Assembly: GCA_021801225.1 (NCBI GenBank)
Contig: JAJYYF010000012.1
Coordinates: forward strand, 58,656 to 122,655
Origin: Candidatus Micrarchaeota archaeon
GTDB taxonomy: Archaea > Micrarchaeota > Micrarchaeia > Micrarchaeales > CABMGC01
DNA length: 64,000 nucleotides
Direction of reading: 5' to 3'
The notes beneath the pieces are model-generated. The model saw nothing but the letters and a program-made list of their open reading frames with translations, was not told the DNA's origin and did no database searches. Positions within the stretch are counted from its first letter, which is position 1. The number at the start of each line of letters is the position of its first letter. Position numbers and translations under genes: made by a program. Below, one piece after another: positions 28,562 to 37,700 of this stretch.

Positions 28562-29655
28562 TTCATCTTTTTTGGAGTCAATGTACTCTCGTTTAATAAA
28601 GACTCATCTTTAGAAAGTATTCTAGGTCCTGCTCCTTGATGAGACTCAAGTATTTTTTTAATTCCTTTAACACCTTTCAAAGAATCTAGAACCTCATCTC
28701 TATGTTCCTCTGTAGTTATTATATGTGCATTTGGTCCCGCATCAAATGTATAACCTGCAATGTACTTTTCATTTTTCTGTGAGTCGTTTAACTCATGAAT
28801 ATTATAAATTATCTCTTTAGACGAGTCATTGAGATACATTATCGGTGGCCATGTATCAAGCATAGTCGCATGCATATTGTTGCTATCCTTCATTATTATT
28901 CTAGAAAGAAGGTCTATGTCCTTATTCTTGATAGCCTTTTCAATCTCTTCTATATTTCTTTCAGCAAAAGCAGGCCTTTCTTTATAAAGAGTGCTTGTTT
29001 TTACTGTTGCCTCATGGCCTATACTTGATGATATCTTTTTAGTTCCTGAGTCTACTATTGCTATTATATCTATGAGCTCTTTCCAATGTTCCTTCTTGAA
29101 TATTTGTTCAGCGTATGAGTCAGTACCATCATCTCTACTTCCTTTATGCCATTTAACTATGCCTCCATATAAACTTCTACATGCGCTTCCACTTATCTGC
29201 CTTGCCATTATTGAAAGTTCTTTGGTATTCATTTTCAAAGAAAGTGCTTCATTCAGTGCTATTACCAATGCAGCAGCACCAGAAGCGCTTGATGCTATCC
29301 CTGCTCCAGACGGAAAGTTGTTCTCTGAAACAATTAATGCATGATAGTTAATTTTAGAAAGTGATCTCATTTTATTTAATATTGCATTCATATACCTTGA
29401 TTTTTCAGACACTTCTTTAGCGAGTATACTATCTTCAACTCCGTTTATAAAAATAGTATCTTTTTTAATTTTACTAGAAAAGAAAACGCTTGTGGTGGTT
29501 TTTACAGTTTCATCCAGTGTCATACTAATACTTGAGTTGTTTGGTGTATTAAGGCCTGTATAATCTCGTTTACCCCAGTACTTAATAAAAGCTATGTTTG
29601 GGGTCGCTATACTTGTTACAATATTTGTTTCAGTCATATCTTCACTGTTATACAT
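28558..29655 (-). CDS. mevalonate (di)phosphate decarboxylase family protein (GHMP superfamily)
   Basis: 365 aa with NIAFIKYWGKRD, PSGAGIASSASGAAAL and GSACRSLYGG. It has a 4-nt overlap with ipk. Substrate (phospho- versus diphosphomevalonate) cannot be determined by eye. Confidence 0.8.
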   Translation of the reverse strand: MYNSEDMTETNIVTSIATPNIAFIKYWGKRDYTGLNTPNNSSISMTLDETVKTTTSVFFSSKIKKDTIFINGVEDSILAKEVSEKSRYMNAILNKMRSLSKINYHALIVSENNFPSGAGIASSASGAAALVIALNEALSLKMNTKELSIMARQISGSACRSLYGGIVKWHKGSRDDGTDSYAEQIFKKEHWKELIDIIAIVDSGTKKISSSIGHEATVKTSTLYKERPAFAERNIEEIEKAIKNKDIDLLSRIIMKDSNNMHATMLDTWPPIMYLNDSSKEIIYNIHELNDSQKNEKYIAGYTFDAGPNAHIITTEEHRDEVLDSLKGVKGIKKILESHQGAGPRILSKDESLLNESTLTPKKMK

Positions 29656-29846
29656 TAATGATATTATATACTTGATATAATTAATATAATTAAATACTAT
29701 TTAATTAATACATTGGCAAATTAAATAACTTTCGTTGTTGATGCTGTGTTCAATAATTCAGATTAAATAAATCGCAATTATGTCTCGCAACAATTAGATA
29801 CAAAATCTTATAAATATTTATATTATATACCTTTTATGGTTTTGGA

Positions 29847-31319
29847 ATGGCAGTTACAAAAAATAATCAGTCACCTCCTCTAATTAATCCTGAAATTAAT
29901 CCTGAAATAAAAGAAGCAGGCAGACTTGGATATAATGGTACAGCAGTCTGGATAGGCGGTTCTATAATTTTAGAAGTAATTTTCGTGGCAATTAATATTG
30001 CATTTTCGGTACCTATATTTTCATTATTAGTTCAGGGTATCCTTTCAATTATGGTTACATCTATAGGACTTTCTATTATAACCTCCGGAGTCCAGAAATT
30101 ATCTGTAGTTTACAAAGATCCTTCAATAAAAAAGAACTTTATGATAAGTTCCGGAATGATTATATTAACCTTAATGGTATCTACTTTTTTTAATGTTTAT
30201 GAAGCAATTAATTCTTATAATTATACTAATTTCGGAAGCACATTTACAGCAACTTCTAGTAGTACACCTGAATTGTATATAATTGCTTTAGTCTTAGGCT
30301 TTATACTTTCTATAGTATCTTATCTATTCATGTATAACTCTTACAATAAAATCTCAAAGCTTACTGGCAAAAATGAGTTTTATACTGCAGGAATTATCCT
30401 ATTAATAGGTGCATTTCTCAGTATAATTATAATAGGCGACATATTAATTTTAATAGGCGCTGCATATGCTGGTAGTACGTGGTATAAACTTAAGAGCGGC
30501 GAAGACGTTTCATCTCCAAAATCAAAATCAAAAACAACAAAAAGCACTTTAGTAATGGCCATGAACCAATCAAATCAAACATCAAGTATCTCTACTTCTA
30601 AACAAATAATTACCGACGCAGGTAGGCTTGGCTATTCAGGATCCTTAATCTGGATTTTAGGAAGTATTATAATAACTGTAATATTTCTTGCATTCGATTT
30701 TTTTCTTCCATATACTCTTACCCAGTTATATGGTCCTTTCTACATAATTCAAATAGCCGCTTCATTTATTATTCTATTTATCGGTTTAATCTTTATTTCA
30801 AAAGGCGTAAAAAATCTTTCTATTTTTTATAAGAATAATGAAATATACCGTAATTTTATTATATCAATGGTAATTATATTGGCTTCATTAATATTAATTC
30901 CTATTATTGATTATGCCATAGTAAATCAGGCAGGACTTGGATCTCTTTTTAACCTTGCATCTTCTAATAGTACTGCTTATAATATATCCTCCACTCCTAG
31001 TACTTTATCCTTTTCTAATATTTTTTTAATACCTATACTTTTAATAGCAATATCATTAGTAATATTATTATTAGGTTACGCCTTCATTTATCTTTCATAC
31101 AAAAAGATATCAAAACTTACGGGTATTACTGAATTCAACACTGGGGCTTTGATTATGATACTTGGAGTAGTTTTAAGTGTAGTAAGTATTGGGAACATAG
31201 TAATACTTATCGGTTTAATATATGCTGGTCTTGGTTGGAATAAACTTAAAAATGGAACAGCAGTAAATAATCCGATAATACCCTCTAAAAAGAAGGTAAA
31301 AGATAATGAAATGAAATAA
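29847..31319 (+). CDS. polytopic membrane protein made of two homologous halves (DUF973-like)
   Basis: 490 aa. Half 1 (EAGRLGYNGTAVWIGGSIILEV...YNKISKLTGKNEFYTAGIILLIGAFLSIIIIGDILILIGAAYAGSTWYKLKSG) and half 2 (DAGRLGYSGSLIWILGSIIITV...YKKISKLTGITEFNTGALIMILGVVLSVVSIGNIVILIGLIYAGLGWNKLKNG) are clearly related. Confidence 0.6.
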   Translation: MAVTKNNQSPPLINPEINPEIKEAGRLGYNGTAVWIGGSIILEVIFVAINIAFSVPIFSLLVQGILSIMVTSIGLSIITSGVQKLSVVYKDPSIKKNFMISSGMIILTLMVSTFFNVYEAINSYNYTNFGSTFTATSSSTPELYIIALVLGFILSIVSYLFMYNSYNKISKLTGKNEFYTAGIILLIGAFLSIIIIGDILILIGAAYAGSTWYKLKSGEDVSSPKSKSKTTKSTLVMAMNQSNQTSSISTSKQIITDAGRLGYSGSLIWILGSIIITVIFLAFDFFLPYTLTQLYGPFYIIQIAASFIILFIGLIFISKGVKNLSIFYKNNEIYRNFIISMVIILASLILIPIIDYAIVNQAGLGSLFNLASSNSTAYNISSTPSTLSFSNIFLIPILLIAISLVILLLGYAFIYLSYKKISKLTGITEFNTGALIMILGVVLSVVSIGNIVILIGLIYAGLGWNKLKNGTAVNNPIIPSKKKVKDNEMK

Positions 31320-31394
31320 GTCGTTTATACAGTTTCACTAAAAACCATTCGGTGTAAACTTAATTTTATCTAATAATAAATAAAAAAAAGTTTC

Positions 31395-32435
31395 TTATAC
31401 TGTTATTATCTCATACCCTTTTTCTGAGATATCTACTTTTATACATGAAAAGCCCTCATTCTCGAGTTCTTCTTCAAGTTTTTTATCATACTCCTCAAGA
31501 AGGGCTATGGCAATTCCTCCACCGCCTCCTCCGCTTAGCTTTGCTCCGTGAGCATTATGCTTTTTTGCTATATCTACTGCGTTATCTAAACCTTTGCTAG
31601 ATACCTCTAGCTGTTTTAGCAGTTCATGATCCTTATACATTAGTGTACCTAGTTCCTTCATTCTGTTGTTTGCAAGAGCCTCTAAGCCCTTAATCGAGCA
31701 CTCATTAATTTCTTCTAATATCTTTTCTGTGTGATTTTTATTTTCCTTTAAGAGCTCTGTTACTTTCCCTACTGTTTGTGATGTAGGTTTTTTTGGTCCT
31801 GTATTTATAATTAAAAACTTAGGCGATGTGTTAAAGTAATGTCTTATGAAGCCCTTTTGATTGCTAAAGCTTACATATCCTCCATAATAAGCTGTGCTAA
31901 CATCTATTCTTCCAGCTCCTTCATTCCTATGCGATACTCTTTCACCATCACGTGCAAGCTCTATTGCATCTGTATCATTAAGATTGATATTAGCTAGTTT
32001 GCATAAAAGCATTGTAAATGCTACGTAGCATGAAGCACTGCTAGCCAGTCCGCTTTGTTTTGGTATCTTTGAGCTTATTACTATACATCCATTATTTGGT
32101 ATAGCTCCAGCTCCATACTTTTTATAGAAAGTAGCTGCTATGGTAAGATAAGGCAGCATAGTTTCATCGATGTGTGAGTATTTTTTAATATACTCATCTA
32201 AGCTTGCTCTTTTTTCATATAACTCAGAAAGCTCGTTTAGCATTACCTTTTCAACTAATATCTTTTTGTTGTAATCCTTAAGTTCAATCTCAAGTCCTTC
32301 TTTTTGATTTGAGTTTATGAATGAAGCAGTAGCATAAAGCTTCAATGCAACTGCAACTGCTGTTTTTCCATGCACTACTGCATGCTCCCCTAACAACTTA
32401 ACTACGCAAGGAGCATTAACAACTATACTTTCCAT
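31395..32435 (-). CDS. mvk: mevalonate kinase
   Basis: 346 aa with the GHMP motifs KLLGEHAVVHG, PKQSGLASSAS and KLSGGGGGG. Confidence 0.85.
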   Translation of the reverse strand: MESIVVNAPCVVKLLGEHAVVHGKTAVAVALKLYATASFINSNQKEGLEIELKDYNKKILVEKVMLNELSELYEKRASLDEYIKKYSHIDETMLPYLTIAATFYKKYGAGAIPNNGCIVISSKIPKQSGLASSASCYVAFTMLLCKLANINLNDTDAIELARDGERVSHRNEGAGRIDVSTAYYGGYVSFSNQKGFIRHYFNTSPKFLIINTGPKKPTSQTVGKVTELLKENKNHTEKILEEINECSIKGLEALANNRMKELGTLMYKDHELLKQLEVSSKGLDNAVDIAKKHNAHGAKLSGGGGGGIAIALLEEYDKKLEEELENEGFSCIKVDISEKGYEIITV

Positions 32436-32451
32436 CTTTTCACATTATTTC

Positions 32452-33009
32452 TTACTTTCTTAAGATATCCTTACTTATATTTGTATATACTTTATTAGTT
32501 GTATAATCCTTGATATATACATATAAATCTGTCCAACCACTCATTCTTGCAACTGCTCTTGCGTCTAAATTTTCTTTATTCTTCAATGCTCTATCCGCAC
32601 CATTTTTTAATAAAATTGTAATATCCCTTCTTCTTCCGTATCTTGCAGCATACATCAAAGCTGACCAACCCTCTTTATCTAAAAAGTTTATACCTTTTTT
32701 ACCTATCTTGTTTGAACAAATTTCAGTTGTACACTCTGTATTTCCATTCTTAGCAGAGTACATTAATGGAGATACGCCATTTTTGTCACATACTAAAGGA
32801 TCAGCCTTCAAAGCCAAAGATAATTTAATAAGATTTAAATCTCCTCTTTCAGAGGCATAACTCAATATCGTTCTACCTTCTTTATCTACTTCGTTGATAA
32901 GTATTTGTTTAATATTATCTCTAATTAGTTGTTTAACAATATCGAACTCTCCTTTTCTTGCAAAATAAACAACTCCACTACTCAATATTTTTTCCACAGT
33001 CCTCCACAT
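32452..33009 (-). CDS. ankyrin-repeat protein
   Basis: 185 aa with about 4 ANK repeats (GRTILSYASERGDLNLIKLSL..ADP; GVSPLMYSAKNGNTEC; GWSALMYAARYGRRRDITILLKNGAD). It lies 16 nt upstream of mvk on the same strand. Confidence 0.8.
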   Translation of the reverse strand: MWRTVEKILSSGVVYFARKGEFDIVKQLIRDNIKQILINEVDKEGRTILSYASERGDLNLIKLSLALKADPLVCDKNGVSPLMYSAKNGNTECTTEICSNKIGKKGINFLDKEGWSALMYAARYGRRRDITILLKNGADRALKNKENLDARAVARMSGWTDLYVYIKDYTTNKVYTNISKDILRK

Positions 33010-33213
33010 TATAACTTTATATAAAAAGAGTTAAAGAACTTGTGTATATATACGTTTAAATATTAATTATTTAAATTAAAATTTATTTTTATTTTATATT
33101 CTATTTAATTACTATATAATATGTAAATTTTTTAATATTTTTTAATATATGAAAATATTAGAAAATACTAGTTAAGTATAAATATCTAAAAACTTTAATA
33201 AAATTTCGATTTT

Positions 33214-33600
33214 ATGGAAAAAACCCAAAAAACCGAAATCCAAAAAACCGAAATCAAACCTAGAACAATAACTGAAAATAAAACAACCACTGAAGATAAA
33301 ATTAAAGAAGAACAGAGAGTGAGTTTGTTGAAAGGAATTTTCTCAAGTAGAACTAATCCTACTATTAGCGATTTAACATTTGTCGCTTCTTCAGACTTAA
33401 ATTCTGGAGTTATGGATAGGATATATAGTTTCGCATTATTGCAAACACCTAACGTAAGAACTAAACTAGCACTATCTTTATTAGAAAACATAAACATAAC
33501 CTCACAACTTGCGGATAATATGCGTAACAACGAAAATCTAGATCCTATCGTAAGAAAAATGGCAAAAGAAATATTGGAAAAAAGAAGAAAGCATCATTAA
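33214..33600 (+). CDS. hypothetical protein (short KTEIQ tandem at N-terminus, HEAT-like C-terminal helices)
   Basis: 128-aa ORF flanked by about 200-bp extremely AT-rich spacers. A 15-nt tandem duplication (CAAAAAACCGAAATC x2) lies at its 5' end. Confidence 0.4.
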   Translation: MEKTQKTEIQKTEIKPRTITENKTTTEDKIKEEQRVSLLKGIFSSRTNPTISDLTFVASSDLNSGVMDRIYSFALLQTPNVRTKLALSLLENINITSQLADNMRNNENLDPIVRKMAKEILEKRRKHH

Positions 33601-33612
33601 ATACTTAAATAA

Positions 33613-33630
33613 CTTTTTTTATTTTTTTTA
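33613..33630 (+). terminator. oligo-T tracts (T7, T8) right after the 33214..33600 ORF; candidate archaeal intrinsic terminator
   Basis: The sequence AACTTTTTTTATTTTTTTTA starts 13 nt after the stop codon. Confidence 0.35.
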
Positions 33631-33838
33631 TTTATTTAAAATTTTAAATTTTAAAATGTTTATTTTATAAATTTATTTTATAAATATACTCACAAAAATA
33701 TCCTATTTTAATAATAAAAAACTATGTTGCTATATATTGGGATGAAAGACGGTTCAATATTTGTCAGTAATATATAAATTATAATTTATGAATATATTTA
33801 TATTAAATACTTAACATATCTCGAGATTTGGTAATTTA

Positions 33839-34477
33839 ATGAATGTTTTGGTAAAAAAATCTGAAAAAGAAATAAGAGAAGAAGTTGTATCTGCTACCAT
33901 TAGCCTTTATTCAAAAGGTCTAAACTCTACATTATCCGGTAATGTAAGTGCAAGACTAAGCGAAAATACAATGTTGCTCACTCCTACCGGTAGTACTGGA
34001 ATACTAAAGGGTAGTATAAGACCTGACCAGTTAAGCATTGTAACATTAGATGGTGAGTTAATAAGCGGACCTAAAAATTCTTCCGAATGGCGGATACATG
34101 TAAAGATATACAAAGAAATGCCAAAAATAAATGCAATAGTTCATCCTCACCCTATCGATTCAATTTTCTTTGCAATGAACAATGACATCTCTAAAACTCC
34201 TTTAATTCCTGAGATATTTGTAGAGTTGGGTGAAGCTAAATATTATTTAGGTTCTAGTAAAGCTCCTTATGTTGGCATTTCAAAAGGCACTTCAGGGTCG
34301 CAAGAACTTGCTGACGATGTTTTTTCAGAGATAAAAAGAAAAGAAGTCTCAATAGTTATAATGGAAGGACATGGTACAGTTGCAATAGGTACAAATATGG
34401 CTGAAGCATTAGGCAGAGCTGAACAATTAGAGTATTACGCAAAGATAAGCAATATGAAACTTGCTCAAAAAAGATAA
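33839..34477 (+). CDS. class II aldolase/adducin-family protein (fuculose-phosphate aldolase-like)
   Basis: 212 aa with SGNVSARL, NAIVHPHP (metal His residues) and MEGHGTVAIGTNMAEALGRAEQLEYYAKI. Confidence 0.75.
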   Translation: MNVLVKKSEKEIREEVVSATISLYSKGLNSTLSGNVSARLSENTMLLTPTGSTGILKGSIRPDQLSIVTLDGELISGPKNSSEWRIHVKIYKEMPKINAIVHPHPIDSIFFAMNNDISKTPLIPEIFVELGEAKYYLGSSKAPYVGISKGTSGSQELADDVFSEIKRKEVSIVIMEGHGTVAIGTNMAEALGRAEQLEYYAKISNMKLAQKR

Positions 34478-34493
34478 ATAAATTATTAAAATA

Positions 34494-34523
34494 TTTTTTT
34501 CATTTTTAAAATTTATTTTTTTT
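34494..34523 (+). terminator. oligo-T tracts downstream of the aldolase-family gene
   Basis: T7 (34494..34500), T5 and T8 (34516..34523) fall within 50 nt of the stop. A perfect 9-bp hairpin ACAAGCATT-TAAG-AATGCTTGT follows at about 34549..34570. Confidence 0.35.
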
Positions 34524-34734
34524 AAATTTTGTTTTATAACTAAAAAAACAAGCATTTAAGAATGCTTGTATTAAAAAATAGAAAAGTATATATATAACTT
34601 GATTCTAATCAATTTGTGATTTGGTATTAATCTAAAGGGTTTTGATGTGGAGATCAACCCTAAATTATTAATTTTCATCTACAGAAAACAAAAAATATCA
34701 AATTTATATTACATTTAAATGTTTGGAAAACCGT

Positions 34735-34740
34735 GGAGGT
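34735..34740 (+). promoter_or_regulatory. Shine-Dalgarno-like GGAGGT 7 nt upstream of the ATG at 34748
   Basis: The sequence is CCGTGGAGGTAAATTTAATGGAG. This supports ATG 34748 rather than GTG 34733 as the start of the giant ORF. Confidence 0.5.
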
Positions 34741-34747
34741 AAATTTA

Positions 34748-37700
34748 ATGGAGAATAAAGGAATTTTGAAGAATAAAGGAATATTTTTAGTAATGGCTCT
34801 TATGAGCATAATGTTCATTGGCTTTGTAAGCGCTAATTCAGTTTTATTTAGTTCTAACAGTCCAATCTCTAACTCATTTGAAGTTGGTCAAACCGTAAGC
34901 GGTATGATATCAATCTCCGGAAGCGCAATAACCGGAATTAATTCTTTTGCACCTCCAAATCTAACATTTACATCAAATTCTCCTGATGTAAATACTGCAA
35001 TAGAAACTTGTAACGCAAAAGGTTATTCAACATCTCCAACCTTCGTATCAAACACAGTTACTTTTTATTGTCCAGTAACATTTACAACTTCTGGAAGTTA
35101 TAATGCAGTGGTTTCTTATAAATTCAATGATTCTACTACAACATCTAATACAGTATCAAACACTATCGATTTTTATGTAAATCCTGCACCTTCCATATCA
35201 TTTAACTTATATCCATCACCATATCCAAACTCAACAAGTAACATATTCGATGAAGGTCAAACAGTAACTGCACAAATCTCATATCTTGGAACACCTGAAG
35301 AATTGAGTATATCAAATCTTATGTTTAAATCTGCTTCATCTGATTTATTCTCTTTAAATTCAAATGGTTGTTCAGTTATTCATACTATAATAATATGTCC
35401 TATAACTTTTAATTCAGTAAACTTCGCAACGCCATCTACCATAACTGCTTACTACACAGATGAATACGGTGTTTCTACATCTAACACAATATCATTGACC
35501 GTTGATCCACTATCAATATCTGCAACACCTACAAATCAGAATTTAGATGTAGGTCAAAATTCATTAATAGCATTGAATATTAATGAAGCAAGTGGTTCAG
35601 ATAACAGGTATGTAATAAGCAATTCATTATCTTATAATGGAGCTAATATAATCTCTAACTCTATATTAACAAACTCGTCTCCAACAAACTACATATTTAC
35701 TCCAAATCAACCTGGAACATACAACGCAATTTTTACTATTACTGATACAACTACTCATTACTCTGTATCTACTTCATCAAACTGGACAGTATACTCTAAA
35801 CCCGTTGTAAACATAGCAGTAAGCAATGCATTAAACTCTGATAATTCTTACTCAACAGACGCGGGACAGTTTCTTACATTCCATATTTCATCAACAGGTG
35901 GCACTGGCGCTCCGATAAAAGTATACTTAAATTGCGATCCAACAAGCATAGGTACATTCTTAGATTGTTATGGTTCTAATTTTTATTTTGATTCTACTTC
36001 ACATGGTCCTTACGCACTTGTGTTATTAAACAGTGTAAATGGATTTTCTAACACAATTTCATTACAAACTATCAACTCTCCTGCTAGCGATGTAAATATT
36101 ACTGGCACATTTAAAGATACAGGAACCTCATCTTCTGGAACTCCAAAAGAATTTGGTCTTAATCAGATAAACTTCAATACAGTTCAAACATTATTCGGAA
36201 CACCTACTCCAACAACTTCAAATACTGTACTAGATCAAGGTCAGTTTACTTATATCTCAACAATAGGCGCTGGTCAAGGTGGTGTACTTCCATATATATG
36301 GACTTGGTTTAATTCGTATAACAACAGTGCATATTCAAAAACTTCAACTACAATATGTCCAACAAACTCTGGAAAATCAACAACTACAAATACAAATATT
36401 CTAACTGCAACTTGTGGATTCCAAACCTCAACATCAACTTCACCTGGCAGTTACAACTTCAAAGTTAATACTACTGACGCAGCTAACTTCTCACTTTTCT
36501 CAGATCCAGTTTTGGTTACAGTTAACAAAGCACTTTCTATTTCCGCATCTGCATCTAACACTCAAATAGATGTGGGACAAAGTTCATTATTAACAAATAT
36601 AACTGAAGGAGGAACAGGGCCTTACTCCTATCAATGGTCAGAAGAAACCCCAGGCACAAATACATTTACTAATATAACTGGTGCTACATCAGCTACTTAT
36701 AACTTTGTAACTACTCCTACAACATCAATAGGCACATATAATTTTGAGCTTTTTGTAAAGGATAGCGCAACAACTCCAGTAACAAAAACATCAACACCAG
36801 TATCAATTATAGTGAATCCAGATCCTACTGTATCAATAACACCAAAAACAAATACAATAATGGATGTTGGTCAATCAGTTACATTCACAGCAACTGCAAC
36901 TTCTGGAACACCACCATACTCATATCAATGGTACTCAATAAGCGGCGGTTCAAACACAATTATACCGGGATCTACTTCATCTACCTACAAATATACTCCA
37001 GATCAAAGTACAGCAATAAGTCTGGGTGTTAAAATAACAGATAATGCAAACTTTATTACATACAGTACAAACATAGCTAATATAACTGTATACTCTATGC
37101 CAACTATCAGCGTACAATCTCCATCAAACACATTTATGGACGTAGGCCAATCTACAACATTGGTATCATCTGTTTCAAAAGGTACAGGTAAGTTTTCATA
37201 TTTGTGGACAGTGTCTCCACCAGGTAGTTTAATTCCATCCTGTTCTGGACTCGTATCTAGCGATTCAAATACTATAATATATACTCCATCAAGCGATACA
37301 TCTTGTACTGCACAAGTAGCTGTAACAGATATAGGTACATCTAGCTACGCAACACCAGTAATTACAGTAACTGGAATATTTACTCCAATAACAGTATATC
37401 CAACACCAACACTTTCAGAATTAACTCCAAGCAACGCAATAATAGATCTAGGTCAGTCTGAAACCTTCAATGTAATAATAAACGGAGGAAGCAACAAAGA
37501 CATGTCATTAGCATTATATCAATCACCAGAGAACAATGTTATAGGAAACGGAGTTACTGGTGCTGGAGATGGTGTTCAAACATTTCCAAATTTTGTACCA
37601 TCATTATCAGAAAATACATTCTATGTTAATGGTCTTGACGCAGGAGTAACTACACCATTCGATATTCCACCTACAAATTTAATACACATACAAATAAATC

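Noticed and set aside
33659-33686. AT-only tandem duplication TTATTTTATAAAT x2 and other short A/T repeats in the long spacers 33010..33213, 33601..33838 and 34478..34732.
   Set aside because: This is low-complexity A/T sequence expected by chance in spacers of this composition. Nothing distinguishes it from promoter/terminator-rich DNA.
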